NCBI GenBank assembly: GCA_025839675.1
Contig: CP104013.1
Span: forward strand, 2,670,001-2,702,000
Direction: 5' to 3'
Source: Candidatus Lokiarchaeum ossiferum
GTDB taxonomy: Archaea; Asgardarchaeota; Lokiarchaeia; Sigyniarchaeales; Promethearchaeaceae
Length of the DNA stretch: 32,000 nucleotides
A program made the translations under genes and the position numbers. The notes under the pieces were generated by a model. It saw only the letters and a list, made by a program, of their open reading frames with translations, had not been told where the DNA came from and ran no database searches. Positions within the stretch are counted from its first letter, which is position 1. Each line of letters opens with the position of its first letter. This document shows positions 10,042 to 18,822 of this stretch, in pieces.

Positions 10042-10979
10042 TCTTTCGGTTTCGCCTCCAATTGATCCTTAAAGGTGTGGGCTTTTCCACGTAATTCTTG
10101 TAAATTATTAATCTGATTTTCTTCTAGAAAGTTTTCCAAACCAGAGGTAATACTATTAATGATATCTGAGCCTTCAGCAAATGCTGAACCTATTTGAACA
10201 GCAGTAGCACCTGCATAGACATATTCAAGGACATCTTTCCATGTATACACACCACCACATCCGATGATCGGAATTTTAATATGAGGAAAAATCTCGTACA
10301 CCACCCGTACACCAATGGGACGAACTGCTTTTCCAGATAAGCCCCCAACGCCATGAGAAAGAAGAGGTCGTCCAGTTTTATAGTCCAAAGCTAAAGCCCG
10401 AACAGTATTAATTACAACAATTGCATCGGCACCAGCTTCTTCAGCAGCTTTAGCAATAGGGACAATATCAGCAATATTTGGGGTTAGTTTTGCAAACACA
10501 GGAATATTTACAGCTTCTTTGACAGTTCGAGTAAATTCTTTGGTTAATTTTACAGATAACGAAATGGATGCAACCTCAGCATGAGGGCATGAAATGTTGA
10601 TCTCAATGGCATCACACCCTGCTTGTTCCGCCTTTTTTGCAATTTCTGCAAATCCTTCAGGTCCATCCCCAAAAACACTAACAATTAAGGGTGAAGAAAC
10701 AGTATGTTTTATTTCTTGAATTTCTGGAATGAAGGCTTCAATCCCAGGATTAGCCAATCCAACGGAATTTAGATAGGTTCCATCATCAATCTCTATAATA
10801 CTGGGATTACTGTATCCAATTCGAGGACGTGGCCCTACAGTTTTTGTAGTCATGCCTCCAATTCCCGCCTTGGATAAGCGAATCATCGAAGAAGGCGCAA
10901 CTCCAAGTATACCTGAGGCAAGAATGGTAGGATTCGGAAATTTTATTCCCGCAATTTCAAACTCTAACTTTTTTGACAT
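10032..10979 (-). CDS. pyrD: Dihydroorotate dehydrogenase class 1B catalytic subunit
   Basis: Motifs EINISCPH (catalytic Cys), GGLSGKAVRPIG and IIGCGGV. The track ORF begins at a TTG (11015). The ATG at 10979 (MSKKLEFEIAGIKFPNPT) matches typical PyrD N-termini; the ATG at 11009 is an alternative. Confidence 0.9.
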   Translation of the reverse strand: MSKKLEFEIAGIKFPNPTILASGILGVAPSSMIRLSKAGIGGMTTKTVGPRPRIGYSNPSIIEIDDGTYLNSVGLANPGIEAFIPEIQEIKHTVSSPLIVSVFGDGPEGFAEIAKKAEQAGCDAIEINISCPHAEVASISLSVKLTKEFTRTVKEAVNIPVFAKLTPNIADIVPIAKAAEEAGADAIVVINTVRALALDYKTGRPLLSHGVGGLSGKAVRPIGVRVVYEIFPHIKIPIIGCGGVYTWKDVLEYVYAGATAVQIGSAFAEGSDIINSITSGLENFLEENQINNLQELRGKAHTFKDQLEAKPKECQ

Positions 10980-11123
10980 TTTATTCCTTGTTCCCTTGCT
11001 ATTTCTCATCTTCAATAAGTTTTAATGAGCAAAAAAATTTTGTATTTCAATAATCCAAATCTACGGTTATAAAAAGCAAAAAAATTTTGAATCTCAAAAA
11101 TCCATATCAGTAATAGGAAGATT

Positions 11124-12236
11124 TTATTGTTCAAGATACCTTGTACTGCAATCCAGAGGAAACCATTTTATTATCTTTTTTATAATGATTAGTGACATTA
11201 TACTTATTATAAAGAAATTCGAATATCCAGGAATGTTCTTAGATTCCTTATTTTGGAACTTGAGAATTTCCATCCCATCCTCTGCGTCAGCAACATATAT
11301 AATATTCGATTCTACAAACATATCCATTGCTCTACCTCCATCATTGAAGCGACAGATTTCATAAGGATTAAGTGGGTCTGAAATATCGCATGCAAAAATA
11401 CCTCCATCAAAATTAGTAATAAAAGCAATATTATCTTGAAACTCTATATCAATTAATCTTCCATTGAACTGAAGTTCATTCAGGACGCTAATATTCAAGA
11501 GATCAGAAATATCCAACGTTAATAATTTTCCATCACGCGTAACCATATACCCAAAATTGTAATGTTTCTTTATACATTTCATATCATAAGATAAATTTCC
11601 CATACATTGTATATTTGATATATTAGTAGCATCAAAGATAAAAGTGGAATCCCCACCAGAAATAAATAAGTAATCATCAATGAAGTCAATTGGTTGTAAA
11701 TTTTTTGTTGATGGATATGAGCCAACTTTATCCAAACTCCCATTAGAATTAATATTGAATACTTTTAGTCCATCAAACCAGTCAGTTGCATAAAGATAGT
11801 TTTCTTTGATAGTTATATCATTAAAAGTTCCCCGTATAGTAGATATTTTTACTGGGTTGGTTGAATCACTAATATTGATGACTTCTAATCCTCCCTTATT
11901 ATCGGCAATAAATGCCAAATTTTCATTTATAAGAATTTGATGGGATAAGCCATCATCGTAAAAATTGCTCAGTTTCTGAATATTTTGTGGATTTGATACA
12001 TTTAGGATTAATAGTCCGGAGTCTCCTTGTGGATCAAAACCCATATCAGTCAAATAGGCGATTTTATCCTTAACTTGGACATCTCTCGCAAATAATGTAG
12101 GGTATTGACCTAATTCGACCAATTCATACACCTCAGGAGTTGGAGATGCAGAGGAAAAACTTCCACTATTAATTACGGAAAAACTAATTAAGATTGAAAT
12201 CCACGCACAAAATTTCAATATCTTTTTTTGTTGCAT
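11124..12236 (-). CDS. Surface beta-propeller protein with LVIVD repeats
   Basis: Signal peptide (ILKFCAWISILISFSVINSG). Repeated units such as GDSGLLILNVSNPQNIQKL, KGGLEVINISDSTNPVKI, DGLKVFNINSNGSLDKV, DGGIFACDISDPLNPYEI and EDGMEILKF. C-terminal IPGY + hydrophobic helix + KK. Confidence 0.75.
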   Translation of the reverse strand: MQQKKILKFCAWISILISFSVINSGSFSSASPTPEVYELVELGQYPTLFARDVQVKDKIAYLTDMGFDPQGDSGLLILNVSNPQNIQKLSNFYDDGLSHQILINENLAFIADNKGGLEVINISDSTNPVKISTIRGTFNDITIKENYLYATDWFDGLKVFNINSNGSLDKVGSYPSTKNLQPIDFIDDYLFISGGDSTFIFDATNISNIQCMGNLSYDMKCIKKHYNFGYMVTRDGKLLTLDISDLLNISVLNELQFNGRLIDIEFQDNIAFITNFDGGIFACDISDPLNPYEICRFNDGGRAMDMFVESNIIYVADAEDGMEILKFQNKESKNIPGYSNFFIISIMSLIIIKKIIKWFPLDCSTRYLEQ

Positions 12237-12681
12237 AAATCATTCATTCAGATATTTCATTAAAAGATTTCATAAATATTTCATTAAAAAGTTCATCAAT
12301 ATTGGTTATTACTAAGGAAAATTGGGTTTGAATCTACTTGAAAGTGATCTAAATTAGTCATTAACGCCTATTTCAGAGAATACAAATGGTATTTCCTGAC
12401 TTTTATTTTCTTTTTTTTTAGAGTCCTTCATCATATTGTTTTTCCTTTTTCCTACGTATTAACAGCCTCTAATGGATTTTCAAGCAAATAAAACACTTGT
12501 TTTTCGGAATTAAGAGCAATATATCCACGCAAATACCTTCCCAATAAAATTATTAATTAGCCTTTTTTTTCTGCGAATTGAAAAAAATTAAAATACATTT
12601 TCGCTAATTTTTCTGAATTGCATTATATCTCCAATTGACAAAAAATTTATTGAATATCATGCCTTTATAAAATTGAGAATA
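12237..12681. promoter_or_regulatory. Long divergent intergenic region (LVIVD gene to the left, nop5-flpA to the right), presumed promoters
   Basis: About 445 bp with no ORF over 60 aa, extremely AT-rich. TATA-like tracts (tttataaaa at 12664-12672; aaaatttattgaatat upstream) lie close to the nop5 ATG, suggesting a short or leaderless mRNA. TTCAT motifs recur next to the LVIVD start. Confidence 0.4.
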
Positions 12682-14127
12682 ATGAAAGCCTTGTTATTAC
12701 CTTCCGTGCATGGAGTATTGGCGGTTAAAGAACGGACGAAAAAACTATTGGGATATACGTTTAGCGATTTGACAGTCAAAGAACTAGCAAATAACTATCT
12801 CATGATGCAAAAGGGAGAAATTCCCGAAGATTTAAAGATAATGCTAAACACCCTTAAAGGACAAGGCGTCACCAGCATTGAAGTTGAAGATCCAACATAT
12901 AAACCCATAATTGATTCCTTCGAAGGGTTAAATGGTATAATATGTGATGATATTGCTTTTCTGAAAGAATGTCGTGAGAATATGATCCAGTTTTGGATGG
13001 ATTCAAAAATTCCATTCACCGCAAAAAAAATTACCGAACGAGCAAAAATTCTTTCTGAAATTATGATTAAAGCTCAAATTGCTGAGAGTGCTACCCAAGA
13101 AGATTTTCAAGTTAAACAAGCAGTGGATACAATTGATGATTTAGATAAATCAATTAATTTCTTTTCATCCCGCTTACGGGAATGGTATGGACTACATTTC
13201 CCCGAATTAACCGATAAATTGATAGGAGATAATATACAATTTGCACGGTTTGTTTCAAAGGTTGGATTAAGAAGTAATTTTACCCCAGAAATTCTTCAAC
13301 GAGAAATTGGATTAAAAGAAGATCGTGCCATATTTTTGACAGAAAAAGCACAACGATCCATGGGAGGACTTCTATCACCGACTGATTTTCAAATTATTCA
13401 AGACCTTTCCAATCGAATTTTAGACTTGCATGCCTATCATGATCAGTTGGAAAACTATATTTCCGAAACATTAGGGCGAATCACCCCCAATTTAAAAGCA
13501 GTTATTGGAGCACCCATCACAGCCAAACTTATTTCCATTGCAGGAAGTTTAGAACGCTTAGCATACATGTCCTCGAGCACAATTCAAGTATTGGGCGCGG
13601 AAAAAGCGCTTTTTAAGGCGATGCGAGCGGGTGGAGATACACCAAAATATGGAATTATTTTCCAATGGAATAAAATTCGAGGAGAAAAATCCTATTTACG
13701 GGGAAAAATCGCTCGAATGGTAGCAGGAAAAATCAGTATTTTAGCCAAAGTAGATTATTATAAAGGCGAATTCATTGGAGATCAGTATAAAGTCAATATT
13801 GATAAAAAAATAGCCCACCTCCAGCGTCAATTCCCAAAACCACCTGTGAAAAAAGAATATTCAAGAGATAAATCCAACCAGTATTCAGATCGTTCCGATA
13901 GGGGTAAAAAGAAGTATGATAGAAATAAAAGTTCTGGCTACAGTAAAGGTGGAAAGGGAGGCTCCAGTAAAGGTAGAAAAGGGGGCTACAATAAAGGTGG
14001 AAAAGGGAGCTACAGTAAAGGTGGAAAAGGGAGCTACAATAAAGGTGGAAAAGGGAGCTATAGTAAAGGTGGAAAAGGGGGCTACAATAAAGATGGAAAA
14101 TCAAAAAATTATAAGAAGGAGAACTAA
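12682..14127 (+). CDS. nop5: Nop5 (Nop56/58 homologue), box C/D sRNP core protein, with a repetitive K/G/S/Y-rich C-terminal tail
   Basis: NOP-domain signature GAEKALFKAMRAGGDTPKYGIIFQ, plus REWYGLHFPEL and AQRSMGG. The track start (12673) is a TTG; the ATG at 12682 (MKALLLPSVHG) is preferred. Fibrillarin lies immediately downstream. Confidence 0.9.
   Translation: MKALLLPSVHGVLAVKERTKKLLGYTFSDLTVKELANNYLMMQKGEIPEDLKIMLNTLKGQGVTSIEVEDPTYKPIIDSFEGLNGIICDDIAFLKECRENMIQFWMDSKIPFTAKKITERAKILSEIMIKAQIAESATQEDFQVKQAVDTIDDLDKSINFFSSRLREWYGLHFPELTDKLIGDNIQFARFVSKVGLRSNFTPEILQREIGLKEDRAIFLTEKAQRSMGGLLSPTDFQIIQDLSNRILDLHAYHDQLENYISETLGRITPNLKAVIGAPITAKLISIAGSLERLAYMSSSTIQVLGAEKALFKAMRAGGDTPKYGIIFQWNKIRGEKSYLRGKIARMVAGKISILAKVDYYKGEFIGDQYKVNIDKKIAHLQRQFPKPPVKKEYSRDKSNQYSDRSDRGKKKYDRNKSSGYSKGGKGGSSKGRKGGYNKGGKGSYSKGGKGSYNKGGKGSYSKGGKGGYNKDGKSKNYKKEN
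13936..14103 (+). repeat. Seven tandem copies of a 24-nt unit (ggctacaRtaaaggtggaaaaggg) encoding [S/G]Y[S/N]KGGKG
   Basis: Units read directly at 13936, 13960, 13984, 14008, 14032, 14056 and 14080. The central copies differ by only 1-3 nt. The repeat lies inside the nop5 3' end. Confidence 0.9.
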
Positions 14128-14129
14128 TT

Positions 14130-14822
14130 ATGGCACGCTTTAAGAAACATCCAAAATTTGAAGGTATTTATACATCTGGATTCAAAGAACGGCAACGAAT
14201 CTATACAGTAAACTTTGATCGAAATCGTGTGGTTTATGGAGAAAAATTATTTGATGATGGAAATACTCAATACCGAGAATGGAATCCATATCGATCAAAA
14301 CTATGCAGTGCAATAAAAAATAATGCACGAAAAACCAATATTGGTAAAACCACAAATTTACTATATTTAGGCGCATCAAGTGGAACTACAGTAAGTCATT
14401 GTAGTGATATTATTACCCACGGTTCAATTTATGCCGTCGAATTTTCTCCGCGCAGTCTTCGAGAATTAGTTCAAAATTGCACTGATCGAAAAAATGTTAT
14501 TCCAATTTTAGGTGATGCTAATAAACCAAGCGAATATAGCATGTTTATCTCCGGATCAGTCGATGTTATTTTCCAAGATGTAGCTCAACCGAATCAAACT
14601 GAAATTTTAATTAAAAATGTCAAACAATTTTTAAAACCCCGCCAAGGTATGTTTATTTATGCCATTAAGGCCCGATCCATTGATACAACTGCAGATCCAA
14701 AAGAAATTTTTGATAAGCAAATTAAAATGTTAGAAAAGAACGGATTACAAGTCACCGACAATGTGAATATTTCATCTTTTCAAACCGATCATGTCGTACT
14801 CTTTGGTCGTTTAGTGGAATAA
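14130..14822 (+). CDS. flpA: Fibrillarin-like rRNA/tRNA 2'-O-methyltransferase
   Basis: REWNPYRSKLCSAI and the SAM-binding motif LYLGASSGTTVSHCSDI. AGGAG lies 8 nt upstream, and the gene starts 3 nt after the nop5 stop. No N-terminal GAR domain. Confidence 0.93.
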   Translation: MARFKKHPKFEGIYTSGFKERQRIYTVNFDRNRVVYGEKLFDDGNTQYREWNPYRSKLCSAIKNNARKTNIGKTTNLLYLGASSGTTVSHCSDIITHGSIYAVEFSPRSLRELVQNCTDRKNVIPILGDANKPSEYSMFISGSVDVIFQDVAQPNQTEILIKNVKQFLKPRQGMFIYAIKARSIDTTADPKEIFDKQIKMLEKNGLQVTDNVNISSFQTDHVVLFGRLVE

Positions 14823-14839
14823 GATCATATAAAGGAAAA

Positions 14840-14847
14840 TTTTTTTT
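14840..14847 (+). terminator. Oligo-T tract downstream of flpA (archaeal-type terminator candidate)
   Basis: A run of 8 T about 18 nt after the flpA stop codon, in a convergent gap. Confidence 0.3.
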
Positions 14848-14853
14848 ACTACC

Positions 14854-15045
14854 CTATTTAATTTCTTTAACTCTTCCAATCTTTCCTGAGGTTAATCGAA
14901 CTTTGATTCCATGGGGATGTTGTGGCGAATTTGTTAAAATATCTTTCACAACACCAGTAGTTAATTGTCCATTGCGTTGATTCTGCTTTTCAACAATGGA
15001 TACTGATAAACCAGGTTTGATATTTTTTCTTAAATTACCGCTCAT
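14854..15045 (-). CDS. YwbE/DUF2196-family small protein
   Basis: 63 aa. QRNGQLTTGVVKDILTNSPQHPHGIKVRLTSGKIGRVKEI matches the conserved YwbE-family core as I remember it. Confidence 0.7.
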   Translation of the reverse strand: MSGNLRKNIKPGLSVSIVEKQNQRNGQLTTGVVKDILTNSPQHPHGIKVRLTSGKIGRVKEIK

Positions 15046-15142
15046 TAATAAGTTAGGAATAACAAGATGTTAAAGTTTCTTTGAACAAAAAATTAATATT
15101 ACCAGAAATAAGAGAAAAAAGTTTATTATTAAACTCATTAAT

Positions 15143-15832
15143 TTAGAAATCTGTTAGTTTTGTTTGTTTTTTCTTTATATTATATTTATTCACAATATTT
15201 TCAGCCGTCTTCCACCAGGTACGGACGATCGGAGGGAAATTTTTATGTTGTTGATAGTATTCATCTAAGAATTTTTTTGTATAGGGATCAGAGGGATAAC
15301 CACTTCCCACCCGTCCATATTTTTCAGTATAGGATGCCAATATCAAATCTCGCTCATATTTAGCCAGAATTGAAGCAGCACCCACCACCTTGAATATTGA
15401 ATCCCCTTTATGTTTAGAAATGATCTTTTGTGGAGAAAATTGCAACATTGACCCGATTGTTCTGCCAAATCGATCTTCTTTGACATCGCACGCATCAAGA
15501 AATATTTCATCGGGTTTGTTCTTCACGTTATTTAATAGCTTAGCAAAATTGGTTTCTTCAATTTGGTTCAATGTTAATTTTTGTTCGTCATGTAGGTGGT
15601 TGATTTCTGTTGGTGAAATAACTAATACATCCCAAAAATCAACAACTTCTTTGATCTTTTGGGCCATGGACGCTCTTTTTTTCGGAGAAAGTTTCTTTGA
15701 GTCATCAACACCGATCTCTTCAAGAATGTCCAGTTTATCATGAGCAATAATGGCACATCCAATTACGAGAGGTCCAATAACAGGTCCCCGCCCGGCTTCA
15801 TCTAATCCAGCAATTAACATTTTTATATCCAT
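15143..15832 (-). CDS. rnhB: Ribonuclease HII
   Basis: N-terminal GLDEAGRGPVIGPLVIG and later DACDV, AASILAK and GSGYPSD motifs. An alternative ATG at 15820 (MLIAGLDEAGRG) is possible. Confidence 0.9.
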   Translation of the reverse strand: MDIKMLIAGLDEAGRGPVIGPLVIGCAIIAHDKLDILEEIGVDDSKKLSPKKRASMAQKIKEVVDFWDVLVISPTEINHLHDEQKLTLNQIEETNFAKLLNNVKNKPDEIFLDACDVKEDRFGRTIGSMLQFSPQKIISKHKGDSIFKVVGAASILAKYERDLILASYTEKYGRVGSGYPSDPYTKKFLDEYYQQHKNFPPIVRTWWKTAENIVNKYNIKKKQTKLTDF

Positions 15833-15890
15833 GTTTGAAAAGATAGAGACAAATAATTAATTTTCTATTAAAAAACAAGAAAATTTGTTT

Positions 15891-16955
15891 CTATAATGAA
15901 TGGTCTTGAGATTTTTGGGTACTGTTCCTACGTTTCTTGATCAGTTTCTTAAATTGATCAGGATGTTCCAATTCTTTGAACTCTTTGGGTAAAATGTAGG
16001 GAACAGCATTTTGCTTGGCAATTTCTTCATCATAGATGTTTTCATCATAAACAACTCCACTAGAATTTTGTCGGGGAACGTGCTGGATGAATTCTTTTTG
16101 AGCTTCATGGCGTGGGCTGGCAAAAATTCTGTCACACTGCGTTCCTCCAACAAAAGTATAATCAGCGATATCTCTGCCTTCTTCGTCTTCTTGATATACA
16201 AAAAGATCAAAGGGTGATGTGCGAGGCCAAAAAACTTGATACCCTGCGTCATTTACAATTTCATTAATTTCTCCCATAAATTCCCGAGTTTTGGAAGAAA
16301 TCCGCTTTTGCAAAGCAGAATCCAGTTTAAAAGCACGCATCGAATTCTTTAAGAACTTAAAAAAATCGAGGGGTTCTATGACCGATTCTCCAAATAATAA
16401 TTCCATTTTGTTAGCATGGTCAATAGAAGTGCGCATATTCTTTAATTCATATTGTGAAATTGCTTTTGGAGAAAGATCAATTTTTTCTGCTAAGGATTTT
16501 CGAGAAAGATTATGTTTTTTTCGTAAATCAGAAAGTTTCTCACCATTAACGTCAAAAAATAAACCTCCTTTCTTTGCAAAAGCTAATGCCATAGGAATTT
16601 GAGGAGATTGAATGATTTTATGAAAGGTATATAAATTAATCGCAATTAAGTCTTTTCTTATATAAATACTATCATCTTCTAGCAACGTGTGGCGATTTTT
16701 GACAGCAATTAGCAAGGGGATCGCAGCCATTAGACGACTTACTAACTTTATTTCATTCACAATATGGGGTTTTATACTGTCGATATTTTCAATAATTTTA
16801 ATTAACAGATTGGGAGCATATTCTGACTTAGATTTATGGCGTGCTATGATCTCAAAACACATCTCCATACCCGAATAGATGTTCACAAATACATCATACC
16901 CAGCTTCCTTAAGAAAGCCCATAGAATTCGAATATATATCTTGATGTGAGATCAT
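15891..16955 (-). CDS. Conserved archaeal putative HTH-type (XRE/cro-C1) transcriptional regulator
   Basis: Central HTH LSDLRKKHNLSRKSLAEKIDLSPKAISQYELKNMRTS. Size (~350 aa) and a central HTH between two flanking globular domains fit the archaea-wide 'putative HTH-type transcriptional regulatory protein' family. Confidence 0.7.
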   Translation of the reverse strand: MISHQDIYSNSMGFLKEAGYDVFVNIYSGMEMCFEIIARHKSKSEYAPNLLIKIIENIDSIKPHIVNEIKLVSRLMAAIPLLIAVKNRHTLLEDDSIYIRKDLIAINLYTFHKIIQSPQIPMALAFAKKGGLFFDVNGEKLSDLRKKHNLSRKSLAEKIDLSPKAISQYELKNMRTSIDHANKMELLFGESVIEPLDFFKFLKNSMRAFKLDSALQKRISSKTREFMGEINEIVNDAGYQVFWPRTSPFDLFVYQEDEEGRDIADYTFVGGTQCDRIFASPRHEAQKEFIQHVPRQNSSGVVYDENIYDEEIAKQNAVPYILPKEFKELEHPDQFKKLIKKRRNSTQKSQDHSL

Positions 16956-17049
16956 TTCTTTCTCCTATCTTATTTTAAAAACTGAGGCAATAAAAGAATT
17001 GAGAAAAATTTAAAACTAAGACAATAAATGAATTGAGAACAAAAAAAAA

Positions 17050-17898
17050 TCAATCCAACTCAAGTCCATAGTCATAATTCATAAAGACGCGTGCCATCTT
17101 TCTTCCATTTTCGGTGAAATAGATGCGATAACTTTTTCCTTGTTTTTTCCGGGTAATGAATTTCCAGTGATCCCGCAATTTAGCAATAACTTTTGAATTT
17201 AACCGTATTTTTTCAGAAGAATCTTGCTTCCGAGGATTGCTGTTGGGAGTAACTTTCATTATTTTGTGCTTATTGAAAATCAAATTTTGTAAATCTTTTT
17301 GCATCACAAATTTTCTCTTCCGCTCGTATCGGTCATTTTCCATCAACCATAAAATTAACTGCATAGTTTGAATCAAAAGGAGGGAAGGTTTACGAAATTC
17401 CATTTTGGGAGGGACAGCGGAGAGCATTGCACCTTTATGAGTGGATTTTTCTTCGGGATTATAATCAAGGGAATAGGGATAGGTAAAGGAAATATTATCC
17501 CATAATCGGACTGCATCCATATTAGCGATCGCAACCATTTTACTTCCTGTGCCCATATTAATCATGAATTCTGTTGAAATTTCAGGATGACTCAGATTTT
17601 CTGTGGATATTATTTGGGCAAGGAGCGATATAATATCATAATAATCTATATAATCCGCCCCTTTTTGAACGATTGGAGTATTAGGTAAACGTTTGGTTAT
17701 GGTTTGAATATTAGTTTCAAGATGTTCTTGAAAAATATCTTCTTTTTTCCCGTTATGATGAATATAATAAATTACATCTGGTTGTTCTTTGAAAATAGGA
17801 TCAGTAATTCGATCAAATTCCTTTGAATTATAGGTAATATGAACTTTCCGAAAAGATTTTCCACTAGTGTCATCTTTGGTATTTTTTGTCTTGGGCAA
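17050..17898 (-). CDS. Putative regulator: Rossmann-like (Csa3/DUF6293 'HFX_2341'-like) N-domain plus C-terminal winged helix
   Basis: KVHITYNSKEFDRITDPI...DVIYYIHH and INMGTGSKMVAIANMDA resemble the DUF6293/Csa3-type N-domain as I remember it. C-terminal KSYRIYFTENGRKMARVF looks like a wing. There is no in-frame ATG near the 5' end: TTG at 17898 is preceded by GGAGG with a 7-nt spacer. Confidence 0.5.
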   Translation of the reverse strand: MPKTKNTKDDTSGKSFRKVHITYNSKEFDRITDPIFKEQPDVIYYIHHNGKKEDIFQEHLETNIQTITKRLPNTPIVQKGADYIDYYDIISLLAQIISTENLSHPEISTEFMINMGTGSKMVAIANMDAVRLWDNISFTYPYSLDYNPEEKSTHKGAMLSAVPPKMEFRKPSLLLIQTMQLILWLMENDRYERKRKFVMQKDLQNLIFNKHKIMKVTPNSNPRKQDSSEKIRLNSKVIAKLRDHWKFITRKKQGKSYRIYFTENGRKMARVFMNYDYGLELD

Positions 17899-17949
17899 AA
17901 TATAACCTCCAACTAAATTAAAGAGTCACCTATATTTAATATTTCTCTA

Positions 17950-18735
17950 TTAAATCAATTTCCATTTAGTTAATTTTCGACCATTAAATTCTTCATTATT
18001 TGATTGAGTAGAAAGGTAATGCCAAACCAATATTTCTGAAAACTCTTGAGAAATTTGATTGCAGATTGATCCTTCATTATCAACATATAATATATAACTA
18101 TTTTTATGATCAGATAGAATCTCTTCCATGACTTCTATTTTAAAAAATTGATCTGCATCATCTTCATTAGGTTTCATTATTAGCTTACCCGTAAATCGTT
18201 CAAAATGAGTGATCATTTTATGGAGGGTTTTCAGCGTTCCATTAGTCATTAAGAAAGCCGGTCTTCCAGTAAGAAAAATAATTTCTACATTTAATCGATA
18301 TAACTGCTGGAGAAACTTTTTAGCACCTGGAATAATTTGATCATGATGTAAATATTGTTCCGAAAGGAAAGATTTAAGAAATTGGGCATTAATTTCTTCA
18401 AAGGTTATTTTCTCCGCCACAAATTCAGAAATAACTTCCATAATAGAATATAAGCAGTGTTTATTTTGATTAATTTTTTGAGTAATTTGCACCCAAGGGA
18501 GATGTGGAAAGTGAGGTTGGAGGTGTTGTTGAAGAATTACCATTTGCCTCGGGAAATTATCGATAAGCGTTCCATCTAGATCAAGAATCATTGTGATCTG
18601 CTTAGACCTATTTCGGAGTTTTTTTTTAATGAGTTGGAGAAGTTGATCACTTGTATTAATTCGAGAATAGAGAATATTCAATAAGGGATTTTTGTCGGAG
18701 TTATCTCTAATATAGCAATTTTCAGAGTTCATCAT
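17950..18735 (-). CDS. HAD-superfamily hydrolase/phosphatase
   Basis: Motif I ILDLDGTLIDN, motif II FLTGRP, and a distal acidic motif YVDNEGS. About 45 aa of N-terminal extension. Confidence 0.75.
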   Translation of the reverse strand: MMNSENCYIRDNSDKNPLLNILYSRINTSDQLLQLIKKKLRNRSKQITMILDLDGTLIDNFPRQMVILQQHLQPHFPHLPWVQITQKINQNKHCLYSIMEVISEFVAEKITFEEINAQFLKSFLSEQYLHHDQIIPGAKKFLQQLYRLNVEIIFLTGRPAFLMTNGTLKTLHKMITHFERFTGKLIMKPNEDDADQFFKIEVMEEILSDHKNSYILYVDNEGSICNQISQEFSEILVWHYLSTQSNNEEFNGRKLTKWKLI

Positions 18736-18822
18736 TCATATTATAATAGACAATTCATTTCAATATCGATAAATTAGCATGACGAAAACAAATCTTTGGA
18801 AATCTGCAATAAAAAGAAAAAA

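Noticed and set aside
12373-12434. Box C/D sRNA-like candidate on the minus strand (AUGAUGA at 12434-12428 ... CUGA at 12376-12373, 62 nt), next to the nop5-flpA operon
   Set aside because: No internal D'/C' boxes at the expected spacing and no complementary terminal stem flanking the boxes. The intervening sequence is an A-run. A plus-strand GUGAUCU...CUGA pair nearby has a defective C box.
13793-14143. Track ORFs 13793..14104 (-) and 13916..14143 (+) with highly repetitive translations (FHLYCSSL..., VKVEKGAT...)
   Set aside because: They are alternative-frame or antisense readings of the 24-nt tandem repeat inside nop5. The nop5 frame continues from a recognisable NOP domain, so these are artefacts.
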